From assembly GCA_951406725.2 (NCBI GenBank), contig OX597814.1:87668001-87732000 (forward strand): DNA of 64,000 bases, in the 5' to 3' direction. The position numbers and the translations under genes were made by a program. Positions 13,779 to 26,650 of the stretch are shown here, piece by piece. The stretch comes from Octopus vulgaris. Taxonomy: Eukaryota. The stretch's first letter is position 1; every line of letters begins with the position of its first letter. The notes beneath the pieces are model-generated. The model was not told the origin of the DNA. It was given only the letters and a program-made list of their open reading frames with translations, and did no database searches.

Positions 13779-14542
13779 GTTCTAATGTTGAAAAAATCAT
13801 GTTGTCTTAACAATTTCACTGTATTTATACTTGAATAAAGTCAGGAAAGGCTTCATCTTGCATTATCTCAAAGCTTTGAGAATTCAATAACGTGACTTAT
13901 TTATTTTTTTAGCGATTTCACTTTGGCCAGTTTGAACAAATAAAGGGGAATTAATTTTGGCCGGTTTGAACACTAAAGGGTTAATAGTAAGTTTGGAAAT
14001 GTGCATGAGTGTTTGTATCTATTTGTGTATAAATGGATGATTGGTCAAATATATTTGTGCATCAGCGCAATTTATGTCTGCATATTACATGCCTATCTTC
14101 TTCTACTTTACCTTTCTCCTTTATCATCACCTTTCTTTTTCTGCACAATACCTGTAACTTTGTGTTTGTTTCTTTCTTTCATTCATACATCTACCTTCAT
14201 TCATTTCCTACCCACAATATTTTAATCAGTCGCTCTGTGACTGTGCAAGGGATCTATTTCCACTTGATCACTCTCCCTCATTTACTTTGCATCTTTAGTC
14301 CCTCACCCTCTGACACCACCTCTCTTCTTTGGCTTTCCCACTTCTCATCAAATTGATCCTTCAGCTTCAGTTGTAATGCTAATATTCTGTAACAGATGAA
14401 GAGCCAAAGTAATGAAACGTTATACTCTAGAATGCTGATGGCAAATAAACTTTTATCAATCCTCCAGACTTTATACTAACTGAAGTTTGGCAACATAAAC
14501 CATTTCCAGTTTTGCTGGATTCTGGATTTTATTATTTTAATA

Positions 14543-14905
14543 TCATCATCATCATCGTTTAACGTCCGCTTTCCATGCTAGCATGGGTTGGACGATTTTG
14601 ATTGAGGGCTGGCGAACCAGATGGCTGCACCAGGCTCCAATCTTGATTTGGCAGAGTTTCTACAGCTGGATGCCCTTCCTAATGTCAACCACTCCGAGTG
14701 TAGTTGGTGCTTTTTACGTGCCACGGGGGCCAGTCAGGCGGTACTGGCAACGACCTCACTCAAATCCTTTTACACATGCCACCAGCACAGGTGCCAGTAA
14801 GGCGATGTTGGTAATGATCACGCTCAAATGGTGCCCTTTTACGTGCCACTGGCATGGAAGCCAGTTGGCTGCTCTAGCAACGATCATGCTCGGATGGTGC
14901 TCTTG
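14543..14905 (-). mobile_element. RTE 3'-tail fragment / RTE-partner SINE (other copies at ~300-360, 3720-3950, 5085-5290, 8280-8510, 58100-58375)
   Basis: Shares the terminal ccgtccaacccatgcYagcatggaaa..ggacgttaaa(tga)n with the 47-49 kb RTE. Confidence 0.8.
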
Positions 14906-15699
14906 GAGAGATATTTCAATAGCAGTATTTTACTGCTGAATTTTATACAGAATGCATGGTTAACATGTAGGTCAAAGAACCATGTGTTAAAATTCTAGAA
15001 GTTCACTACTGTACAGGAGTCTATATATAATCTGTAATTATTGACAATCATCAGGAAATTGGTAAAGTGTAATGTAAGTGATGTATCATATAATTTAGTT
15101 TGAATGTGTAGAACATATTCCAACCTATTCATATTATCTGCAAATGCAAGCCCTTTACACAAGAAACCATTCCAAACATTACAGACCAGGCTGTCTTTAA
15201 TAGACTAAATTCAATATTTTCAACTTGCACTATACTATTTCTAAAGTTGCAAATGAATATGAAATTATTTTCAAAATTGATGTTGCTTACATTAAGACCA
15301 GCTGGTTAAATACTTTTCTTTCCTTTATGAAAATAAATTTCATCCAAGCTGTTCAAAATGTTACCTTGTAACTTCAATGATTAATTACCAGAATATCTCT
15401 TTAAAATATCTTTTCAACTTGCTTCTTAAACTGTTTTATAATGGGTATCCCAAGTAATATTACCATCTCCTAAATATAATTCTGGAACTTTGTCACTCCC
15501 AAGTTAGCAGTTCTCTAACCAGAGAATGTATTTCATCCAAGAATATTAAATTGGTGACTGACACCTTTCTCCAAAGGTATATACCTGTTTGCATTTTTCA
15601 CACATTCCAAAGTCTCAAACTTTGCAAGAGATTTAGATGCTTATATCCCCTGGAGGAATCATCAGCTAAGAGGTAATTACCTATCACTGCAACACATGA

Positions 15700-17020
15700 G
15701 GTGACCATCAGGAAAGCAAAAAATGGTTTCATGTACCATATATTCTGCAAACTTTCTCACCTCTCAAATCACAGCCGAGTATTCTGGCCCTTTGTCAAAA
15801 GGCTTCTATATCTAAGATAAATCCTCCTATCACCACTGTTAAATCAAGGAGGCTTTCTAAGTAGCCCTTGCATATATAATCCACATTTGACTTCTGCTTT
15901 GCTTCCAACTCCACTCAGCACACATAACAAAATCCCTTCTCTGTTCAACCTGTCCCATCACCTTCAGATATATCCAGTCACGTAGTGTGAAACTTAACTG
16001 ATTACATCAATCCCATTACTCTCCAAGAATATATTTCAAAATTCCCATCATTTTGTCGTTCATGCTTTCTGTAAGGAATTATCCATATGGAAATATGCAA
16101 TAGTGAGTACTGTTCTCAAAAAGGGGTAGCCTTTCTGACTCTGCACACTAAGAATCTATCACCAGACAGGGGAGCCTCTATGTGGTTGTTTGATATTATT
16201 CTAGAAATAGTCAAAGCTCTCTCAAAGTATGCTTTACCATCTTAAAAAAGAATACATTGGATAATTTGCTTTTGGGTGAGCTGGACATAAAAAAAACTAC
16301 AGAATAGGCATGATTGGAGTGCTTTTGATCAGAACTTTGCTTGATTACAACTAACCTAGGGCAAAACAACATTAAGAATAAATGGAAACATTCATAAACA
16401 ACCACTTTCTTTATGTCCTTCAGTTTCTAACAATCACTATTTACACAGGAAGTATTTTCACAGTTTCAGCAACTCATGTTTGATTTGCATTGTTTTCATT
16501 AACAAAGATCTTGACAACTGACCAATAAAAACAAGACAGCCTGGTCTTTTTCAATAATGCCAATTATTAGATATAACAAAGAAACAGTCTTGCAATACAC
16601 TCCCTAATTCATTACATATAAACAACACAAATTAAAACACTAGTCATCATCACTACAATCTCTGATGATTGCTCAACAAATTCATAATTCATGTTGTTGC
16701 TAAAACTGCATTTCAAAAACAATGCTTCTCCTGAAAATCTAGTACATTCTTCAGTTTTGATCAATTGCTTATTTGCCACAAAGCTCACATATGAGACTGT
16801 ATTACTTCAACTCAACTACAACAACAATACAAATTTTTTAGACTCTATAATACAAATTGTAAGATTCACTTATCAATCAACTACAACCCCAGCTTTATAT
16901 ATGTTCTTCTAAACTAGTGAGCTACATATCACCTCCACCCAAATGTGTCTCACCCCTCAGGCCCTGCGCTAAACATTTACCCGAATCAATCGACATATTT
17001 CCAACACTCTAGAATTCTTT
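15700..17020 (+). mobile_element. Very old CR1/Jockey-group LINE remnant (similar decayed minus-strand tracts at ~20100-20440 and ~22380-22970)
   Basis: Residual motifs FWPFVKR and WKYAIVSTVLKKG are typical of the pre-RT region of CR1/Jockey-like LINEs. The rest is unreadable. Confidence 0.4.
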
Positions 17021-17094
17021 TTAAAATGTTGCCCTTACTATGTCAATGTAGAAAAGCCAGCAATTATGAGTACCTGTTGTTCTCCTAGAAAATG

Positions 17095-17510
17095 ATTTCT
17101 ATTATAGGTACAAAGTCTGAAATTTTATAGGAAGGAGTAGTTGATTACATCTTCCAGTGCTCAACTTGTACTTATTTTATTGAACCTGAAAGGATGAAAT
17201 GTAAAGTTGACCTCGGCAGAATTTGAACTCAAAATGTAAAGTAGGAAGAAATGTTGTTAAGCATTTAGTCTGGCTTGCTAATGATTCTGCCAGCTCGCCA
17301 CCTTAAATGGTTTAAAATTTTGGCACAAGGCTAGCAATTTTAGGAGAGGGGAAGTTAGTTGATTATGTCGCACCCTCCCCCTCAAACTCTACTTATTTTA
17401 TTGATCCTGAAAGGAGGAAAGACAAAAATCAACCTGTAGAATTTGAACTCAGAACCTAAGAACCAGAAAAGTACCACTAAGTATTTTGTCCAACATGCCA
17501 ACAATTCTGT
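17095..17510 (-). mobile_element. Two tandem copies of tRNA-derived SINE family B (also 23397-23620, 55685-55820, ~26720-26880)
   Basis: Minus-strand head ggcgagctggcagaatc.ttagc...gagttcaaattct, then the central motif gtcaacttt.c.tttcatcctttc.ggg.tc.ataaaataagtac (resembles the Meta-SINE domain). Confidence 0.8.
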
Positions 17511-17990
17511 TGGTAAAAAAGTAAATGCTTTTAGTGGTACTACTGACTATATGTTTATGGTACTTTAGTTTGTTAAAAAAAAAAATTACACAAACATGCT
17601 GTATTTTTGTTTTATGATATTTTTGAGGTTTCTATTAATACAAGCTGTGCAAATTAAAACCAAGTTGCTAAAGTGGTGATAATATTGCCTGTGTATGGGA
17701 ACTTAAGGAGAGGTGAAAGGAGGTATTATGTTGTTCCATTGTTCTGGAACATTATCATTGTTATCTTAATGTTCACTTTTCCATGCTTGCATGGATCAGA
17801 CAGCTTATCAAGGCAGATTTTCTATAGCTGGATACTTGTTGTCAACTCTTACCCACTTCTAAGCAAGATATTTCCCCATAAGCATTCATATTTCCACAGA
17901 ATATTGGAAACAAGTGACACTGCTTGTATGACAGTGATACTCATTTATGTCTGTCACATGATGTAAAGATGAGGAGATGCAAACATACAC

Positions 17991-18021
<31 letters not shown>

Positions 18022-18817
18022 CAGGCTGCAGTGAATAGACTGTCTAAATTAAGCAAAAATGAAAATAACACTGACATCTCATTTTAACAGATATATTTAC
18101 CAAAATTACAGAAAAATATATTGAAAGACTAGAGAGTAAATTTATTTAATAAAACCACCATTGGCTTCAAACACAGCCTCCAAACGACTTCGGAATCTTT
18201 GTAATTCTTCTGGATGGTCTCCTTGTTTAAGTTGGTGAATACTGCCATAATCCTTGCCTTCAGTTCATCTTTGGTGTTACAAGGAATTTTGTTAGTCTCT
18301 CGCTCAACTGCACCCCACATATAATAATCAAGGGGGTTGCAGTCTGGAGTGTTAGGTAACCAGATGTTAGGGATGGTGTGGTCAGAGAAATTGTCTGACA
18401 GCCATGACTGGGTTCTCCTGCTTGTGTGGCATGGTGCAGAGCCCTGTTGCCAGACATAGGGTCTTCCTGCAGCCACCCTCTTCACCCAGGGAAGCACTAC
18501 CTCCTCCAGGCACTTGATGTAGGCCTCCGTGTTGAGTCTGAGGCTGTGTGGTAAGATGAATGGAGGTATAACGTTGCCATCACTAGTGATCACTCCAAAC
18601 ACCATGATGTCGACTGGATGTTTGATTTTTATCACTTTCGGTACAGGTCCTCAGATTCACACCCAAACACTCTGATATGTTCATATTGGAGCTTTCACCG
18701 TTAATACCAAGAAGTACAGCAAGTCGTTTCCAAATGTCTGGCAGAGTGAATTGTATCACAGTGCTGTTTTTCTCACAGACAGTGCCCAACTGGCCCTACT
18801 ATATTATGTAGTTGACA
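18022..18817 (-). mobile_element. DD37D (maT) transposon, second copy of the same deleted family
   Basis: ORF 18129..18635 reads MVFGVITSDG...WQQGSAPCHTS...PNTPDCNPLDYY, with 37 residues between the 2nd and 3rd catalytic positions. It is collinear with the 931-1770 copy. Confidence 0.9.
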
Positions 18818-18889
18818 AAATCAAAAACAAGAAATGTGTATGCATGAAATTAAAAATATAAAATGATGATAATTTACCTATCCCAACCA

Positions 18890-19102
<213 letters not shown>

Positions 19103-20902
19103 TAAAATAGGCTCCTTTTAGTTTCTATTTCCTAAATCCACTTACAAGGCTTTGGTTGACCTGGGGCTCTAATAGAAGACACTTGCCCAAGGTGCTAGAA
19201 AATTACCTTTTCATATTGTCAGTTTACAGTATATGATTACGATTATTCTCTGGGTTTTTCCAGCAGTATTTCTTTTTAAGGTATAAAATGCATTGAAGAT
19301 AGTTTCTTGTGCAACATGCAGAAGTTGTGCAGATTTGTTGTTCTGGATTTTCTGCTTAGCATAAAAAACTTTAGAAATAAGGAATATTGTCAATGAAATG
19401 AGTGTCTCTCAAAATAGAAAAATCAGCTTGAAAGTGATAATGGAAGAGTGTGGGAAATAAGTTATATCTTAATGTACCATATTGCTATAAATCTGTAAGT
19501 AATTAGTTATTTATAACAGGTGTCACACACAATTTCTCATAATACAGTTTATTAATTCACAAAAAAAATAGAGACAAAATACATAATATTACCAAGTTTC
19601 AGTTTTTTCCCATTGTTCCAGAACAACAGCTCTAGAATATTATAAATAATATTGACAGGTATACTGTGATCACCTGCAACTATGTAAGCTTAAATATTGA
19701 CAAAAAGTTTTATCTTGGGTAACCAATATTTACTACAAAGTGTTTACATGATTTAAAATATAAATCCATTTTATAAACAACATGCAAGATAATTAGCCAA
19801 GAGTATTAATTTCATATCAATAAAATAGAGTAAAATGATATTTATCAAAATAGTTTGGATTCGATAGATTTTTTTACTAGCTGTGATATTGAAATGTATC
19901 AGCTGTGTACCAATGTGGTTAGCTGGCAAGCAAATGCAAAGAAGAGAGAAAGTTATATTTATTGACTATCAATTATTATATTTATTCTAGAGTTTATTCA
20001 AATACTGCAATTTTCAGGTGTGGAAATGACGACAGCTTGGCATATAATCAGATCATCATAAACAAGCCACAAAAGATAATCATTTCAAAAGAAAGGGAAG
20101 CAAAGGTAGATTTCTTTCAATAGTGGATCAGAGATAGTTAAACATTTCTACTGGTGGAAAGAAAAGTTCAGATAATAATAGAAACAGCAGATACCCAATA
20201 GAATGCTAGAGACAGTGGATTCTACATAAATATAGGCATTTTCTTTAAAGAAATAGAAGTAACATAAGAGAACAGACTAAAGAGAGAAGGGGTACAAATA
20301 GAGGATAAGAGATTTGAGTTTCAGAGATTTGAGGTCTGTATTTTAGAAGATAGAAGGCAGATTTAAGATTGGGCCAAAGTCCATGGATGTTAGTGTTGAG
20401 ATGTAAAAATAGTTCAGCTGATTTTTGTTCTTTTTATTAAACTTTTCCACTTTTTTTTTTTAGGTAAATGGAGGAGCAATGAAAAACCATACTCAGTAAG
20501 GTGCTGCTACATTGATCAGAAATGACCTATTCCAATATATTGTAATGAGTTTAAACAGATAGACTAGTAAAATTAACTTGATATGAGTTGAAATAAAATG
20601 TGTGAAGTCCTTTATGTGTCATTTAAAAAAATTTTACAACTACTTCTATACACTCAACCATTACAATTTATATCTTCAAAATTGAAAATATAAAAATTCC
20701 TACATTTATCAGTACAAATTGTTAACATCTGAACAAGAGCCAGTTTCTAATTTTCAACTAAGTAGATTAAAGTAGCAATGTCATATGACACCTAACATTC
20801 AATAGGGAAGCCAATAGCTGCTATATGTTTACTGATGAGAGAAGTAAAATAAATGATATTTAATTTAAGATACATTAATCGTAAACTAAAACTACTAGCA
20901 TA

Positions 20903-21290
20903 TAGGCACAGGAGTGGCTGTGTGGTAAGTAGCTTGCTTACCAGCCACATGGTTCTGGGCTCAGTCCCAGTGGGTGGTACCTTGGGTAAGTGTCTTCTAC
21001 TATAGCGTTGGGCTGACCAAAGCCTTGTGAGTGGATTTGGTAGACGGAAACTGAAAGAAGCCCGTATATATGTGTATATATATATGTGTGTGTGTGTGTG
21101 TTTGTCTCCCCAATATCGCTTGACAACCGATAATGGTGTGTTTACGTCCCTGTAACTTAGCGGTTCGGCTAAAGAGACCGATAGAATAAGTACTAGGCTT
21201 ACAAAGAATAAGACCTGGGGTTGATTTGCTCGACTAAAGGCAGTGCTCCAGCATGGCTGTAGTCAGATGACTGAAACAAGTAAAAGAGAG
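20903..21290 (+). mobile_element. tRNA-derived SINE family A, complete copy
   Basis: Collinear with 3008-3405. Confidence 0.9.
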
Positions 21291-21504
21291 AGCGAAGAGT
21301 ATAGATAAAAATCAAGTTGCAAGTACATCTGTGTACTTACGAAATTTACTTCACAATCACATGGGTTTGGGCTTGTTCCCCACTCTATGGTACTTCAGAT
21401 AGTTGTCTTCTGCTATAGCCAAGGACTGAGCAATGCCTTGTGAAATGAATTAGTAGATGGAAACCGAGAAAAGCTTATCATATGTATTTAAATCTAACTA
21501 TATA

Positions 21505-21553
<49 letters not shown>

Positions 21554-21928
21554 CCAAGCATATGTGTGCCTGTTGTTCCTATGTGTCCTTATTCACACCA
21601 CTCAAATAGAATTGGTGTCATTATTTACAGTCTCTGGCAAGAAATAATCAATAGTTTTAGTTTCTTCATCACTTTCAATGTGTGGGGACCAGTGAAATGA
21701 AAATATCTTACTTAGAAAGCAGGCAATGGTTGGTGACAAGAAAAGAAAATCCTTAAAAAAAATCTGCACTAGCAAGTTTCAATTAATCCATGCCTGCATG
21801 GAAAAACGGACATAAAAAGAATGTGATGATAATGATGATGATGATAATGGTGATAAAACATTGTTAATAATTATCTGGTGTTGTTATTCTCATGGATTGA
21901 TCTTGGGAGCTATCCTCAGTGTAATGAA

Positions 21929-22035
21929 CCCTTTCCTGACCATATTTGAAAGAACTTTGTAAAATAACATTTTCTTTACAGAGTTGATACGTAGAACATA
22001 TAAAAAACCTCTTACATAAAATTATGAAGGAAGGG
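21929..22035. mobile_element. Decayed short piggyBac-type MITE
   Basis: (tgaa)ccctttcctgacc ... gaaggaaggg|TTAA. The termini resemble those of the 12709-12922 MITE. Confidence 0.45.
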
Positions 22036-25000
22036 TTAAATTTGGACAGTCAATCTAAGACAAGTTAATTTTAACTAGCTACTTGGTCACAAACCGACCT
22101 AACAAATACATACACTATGTTGACATTTTCATAACTCTCTACCAGGTTCTTTACTTTATAGTTATGTGCCTGCTTCCTATAATACTAAACTTAATCTAGC
22201 AATTCCTTAATTTCTAAGTCCCTGACATTCTAAATCATCCATGTCTTTTTATTAAAACTTAAGACAAAAAATATATACTCTTTGATAATTCATATATGAA
22301 TTTTCACTACATTATTGTAAAACAGCATCAGAAACTATATAAGGAACTGCTTTGTTTTTTAAAAATAAAAAAAAAAATGTGAAGAGGAGACATTGCCAAT
22401 GAATTAAGGGTCACTCAAACTAGAAGGATAAATTTGAAACTGATGACAGAAAGGTGTGGGAGAAAGGTACAGTTAGTGCAGAATTGGAAGAGATTTGAGT
22501 ATTTGGTAGAAATACTTTACAGGGAAGAAACTTTTGCATGGTGACAGTCCTAAAAATGAAGAAATTGATTTAACATATGGTATAACATTTAGAGAGAGAG
22601 AAACAATACTGGTGTCAATAAAAAGATAAAGGAGCTTATTGAGTAACTTAAGGTGCTAGTTGAGTTCAACTTGGAAATTCGTTATAATAATGGTAATAGG
22701 CATAGCAAAAAACTATGCCAGTGTGTGATGATTTTAGCCAAGAACTTAATGGTGGAAAGTTTCCTTTTGATTATGGTGTAGAATACCAGTGATCAAAAGA
22801 TCAAAATATTCAGGCCTTATAGTGAATTAACATAGTTTAAAGGTCTGCAGTATCTTTTGATACCAAAGACTAAGTGGTAAGATTCAAGATGTCTAATGAA
22901 AATCCATTAAGTTATATACTCATAAGGAGAGGGTGTGTGATGTGATACTTCTTTCTTGAAAATATAACAATTGTGTTTTGGTAGTGTGAGCAGTCCCAGG
23001 TCAGCCCTGATTGAAATTCAAGCCATAACATTCTTATCTATCAGGGGATCAATGTATCCTTCCATATTTAATAGAGTATGATTTGAAAGAGCATTGGTTG
23101 CTATGTTTGACAAGTTAAGCAACTGTATAGAGACTCTCCAATGTTAGTGTGAACAAAAAGAAAAAAAGAAAAAACATACTATTAAAATATCAGAGGATAA
23201 TGTTAAGGTCCTCAACAACCAAAGAAGTTAATGTTTAGAGAGAACTATTGACATTAGAAGCGTACAGAGTGTGCCATCATGCCTGTTTTCCTACATGATA
23301 GGAATTGGGAAGTCAGCTTTGTAACTTTCTTACTTGGAATACAAAATTACTTGATGAAAAAGAAAAAGAAAAAAAGTATAATAGGGAACAAATATTGGTT
23401 TTAAATTTTGGCACAAGTCCAGCAATTTCGGGGCGGGGTGGGGGTGGGGTGTAAGTCAGTTATAATGATTCCAATGCTCAACTGGTACTTATTTTATCGA
23501 CCCCCGAAAGGATGAAAGACAAAGTCAACCTTGGTAGAATTTGAACTCAGAATGCAAAGACGGATGAAATGCCACTAAGTATTTTGCCAAGCATGCTAAC
23601 AATTCTGCCAGCTTGGCTGCTGTATGTGTAACATATACCGAACATGAAAAAGAAAACGTACAAATAAATTTTTGCCTTGTTTCCAAACACAAAATCATTT
23701 GAAATAGTATAACTGATTGTATCCAATTTCAATTATATCATTAACTTTCAGAATTTCAGTAAAAATTATTTCACTAATTTAATTGGTCAATTTCTCTAAA
23801 AGGCAATAAATGAAAAGGGAGGGGATGATTTTAGCATATATTGAGGATAAATTGCAACTGTCAGCATAATTAAAGATTAGAACATTATTTCAGTTTTAAT
23901 CCCAACTTCATGAATATTTCACGATTTTTGTTTTTTAAAATTTAGCTCAGTGTAAGAATAAAGAAATCAGTTGAGTAGAATTGATATCCCCCAAAATCTT
24001 TTAATATTCTATAGGGGGAAAAAAAAAAAAGTTAATCAAAACAATGACTGATTTAAAGTGAAATTATTTAAGGTATTGGAACCAATCAGCAACGTAAAAT
24101 TATTCCTTAAAAGAGATAACTTTAGAAAAAAGTTCAGAATACAAGAGAACAAGAGCAACGTTTTATTTCCGGACTATAAAACATACACTAATTAGAAATA
24201 TTGAATTTCTAAATGTCTCAGATAAAAATATATCGCGAAGTTTAGAAATAATAATGAAAACTTGTATATTTTGGGTGAGTGAGGGGGATGAGGAACATGG
24301 AAAAAGTCAGCATATGGTCAACACAGAAATTTTTTTTCACAGACTGTAAGAAGTAAAAGTATTTGTGAAAACTTCAGCATTTTGATTGTGTCAGCAAAAA
24401 TTATTCAAGTTAGAGAATGCCTAATATTCCCTCGATACAAGTTCTAAAAGCTTTATAAAATGTATGGAATTCGAAATTATAAGGATATTATCATCATGTT
24501 TTATATATATATGTTTTAAAAAATGTCTGAAAACTGAATTTAAAATAATATCGTTGAATCAGCATCTCCATTCAAACAAAATATTTACAAATAAAATAGA
24601 AAAAAATCTTCATAGTATCTTGCAAATCATGTTTATAATAAAACGTTGGCATTACTGAAAACTGAAACTATAAACAACTATAGACTTTTAGCGTGTGTGT
24701 ATGTGTGTGTGTATCATACACATTTTCTTTCCGTTGTTATTCGGGTTCTATTTTATTCTATCGCTTCAAACAAACATTTCAGTGTTTATCTGTCAAATAT
24801 TCATTTACAAATATTCCAATGTATTAAGGTGTACATATAAAGATACGGTGTGTTGTTTGCGAAACCTCGGACTCCACCCACCAAAAAAACTCTAGATATA
24901 TTAAAGGGGAAATATAAGGGAAAAAAATTGTTTACTTATTACCTATCGATTATATAATTTCTCTTAGTCTCTAACAATTAAAATCAAACATAACAGGATG

Positions 25001-25148
25001 CTGGAATAAAATACATATAGAAACATGTTTATGGTCGGTTTCAGGAAAACATTCGTTAAATAGCGAATAATCCAAACAAAAGAAGTAGCAACATATGTGA
25101 AACGATAAAAAAATAAATAAAAGGGATAAATCAATTACAAACGCTCAC

Positions 25149-25260
25149 CATAACAGGCACACCTGACCACCAACAACAACTAATGCTGTCATTCTTCGAT
25201 TCTGTTCAGCTTTGTCAAGTGTAATGCTTCCACGTCAACAAAAATTAACGGAAACAGATG
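25149..25260 (-). other. Putative first exon of an unidentified minus-strand gene (possible start MTALVVVGGQVCLL at 25192)
   Basis: Non-repetitive segment ending in a good donor (TTATG|gtgagc). There is an ATG at 25190-25192, with TGACGT and CGGAA motifs near 25230-25255. It sits where CpG-poor DNA (left) changes to CpG-retaining DNA (right). Downstream exons were not identified. Confidence 0.4.
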
Positions 25261-25683
25261 GGAAGCATTTCAATGTATGGATGACCAAACTAGTTACAAA
25301 ATTAAGTTTTTATTCGTGCTGAAATGATGCTATTTAATATAGCTTAAATTTATTTTGGATACACTTCCTTCTCTCTCTCTTTATTCTGGAAAATTATTAT
25401 TTTTTATATTGCTCGAGATATTTCAGTGAATTTACCATTTTCTTCTATTCCACTGAATTTTTAAAACGTTTATTACTTCAGTCATCAGGTTCCTTTTCTT
25501 TGAATTTCAAGCCTTGCATTTATATTATCAAATATTTTTATTACTTGTTTAATCAGAATCAGTCCGGTTCCAACAGACGTATAATCGAAGGCGTTCCAGC
25601 CATAACCACCATGTCCTTTATCTAGCACTGTGCTAATTTAAATCAGTCATTGTTTTGATTAACTTTTTTTTTTTGCCCTATAG

Positions 25684-25769
25684 TCATGATTCTGACTATG
25701 CGGTGGTGCCCCAGCATGGCCGCGGCCTTCGGGCTAAAACATTTTTAAGGATTTAAGGATTTAAGGATT
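25684..25769 (+). mobile_element. 5'-truncated retroposon/SINE 3' end with 5-bp TSD
   Basis: gcggtggtgccccagcatggccgcgg (the shared SINE 3' motif) is followed by a (ttaaggat)n tail. TSD TATAG lies at 25679-25683 and 25770-25774, and the empty site is visible in the left inverted copy. Confidence 0.8.
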
Positions 25770-25959
25770 TATAGAATATTAAAAGATTTTGGGGGATATC
25801 AGTTCTACTCAACTGATTTCTTTATTCTTACACTGAGCTAAATTTTAAAAAACAAAAATCGTGAAATATTCATGAAGTTGGGATTAAAACTGAAATAATG
25901 TTCTAATCTTTTTATCTTATTTTTATTTTATTTATTTATTTATTTTAGTGTAGGAAGAC

Positions 25960-26650
25960 ATTTGGATCTGATTTGAGGGAGATTTGGCTCACTGGAAGCT
26001 GACGTCTGTAGAGGACTGAGATGTCGCTGTGGTAAGCCCCTTAATCCCACAGGTCTTCACGGTCTGTCTTGCCGCCTAAATGCTGGTCGTTTCGCTCGTT
26101 GCACCGGCTCGTATTAATAACCCTCAGTTCTGGAGGCGGCGGAATTATCTAGCAGTGATAGGAAAAGGCCAGATGAGCTTACCCTCTGTTTCTGAGTTAG
26201 AGGTAGGTGCCTCATCTGCGACATCAAGGTCTGTGACGCTTTTGGTCTCTCCCACATCTTGGATGCTGCGGTAAACCGCTAAGTTCTTGTCATCGTTGGC
26301 AGCTTGCTTCACAGAGATGTTAGGTGATGTCCGTGAGGGTGCTTGGCTTTTCCAACACCTGTCATCGTCCGTGGTAATGCTGCGAGCGTACTGGCTTGCT
26401 CCAGTAGGTTCTGTTGAACGTACAGGTGTACTTGTAGTGGACCAATTGAAGCACTTAGTGTTGCATTGATGTTTTTTTTTTTTTTTACTTTTCTCTTCTC
26501 CATTCCTTTTTTCCTCTCTCCCTTTTTCATTTTTCTCCTCTTTTCTTTTCTTTTCTTTGTCTTTCTTTTGTAAGAATATATGGAAGAATCATGACTATTG
26601 TTTAGGATTTGTATTATCATATAAATACGTATTATATATATAATAAAAGT
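25960..26650 (+). mobile_element. CRE-clade (restriction-like endonuclease) non-LTR retrotransposon 3' fragment
   Basis: CRCGKPLNPTGLHGLSCRLNAGRFAR (zinc knuckle), DRKRPDELTL (PD motif) and KFLSSLAACFTEMLGDVREGAWLFQHLS..RGNAASV match the C-terminus of CRE-type RLE elements. Confidence 0.75.

Larger units (their letters stand above)
11445..13980 (-). mobile_element. piggyBac element (composite, non-autonomous)
   Basis: TTAA|ccctttagtgttca ... tgaacactaaaggg|TTAA gives a perfect 14-bp TIR and TTAA TSDs at 11441-11444 and 13981-13984. Subterminal ttggccRgtttgaaca repeats lie at the right end. Confidence 0.88.
23872..25911. repeat. Near-perfect ~186-bp inverted duplication (23872-24057 / 25637-25911)
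   Basis: aaagattagaacattatttcagttttaatcccaac...aatgactgatttaaa is present in reverse complement at 25637-25911. The right copy carries an 86-bp insertion. Confidence 0.93.

Noticed and set aside
19206-19393. Candidate exon ending in AAG|gtaatt
   Set aside because: All three frames have stops shortly before the donor, so it could only be non-coding.
23872-25911. Pack-MULE interpretation of the inverted duplication
   Set aside because: No 8-11 bp TSD and no G-initiated TIR.
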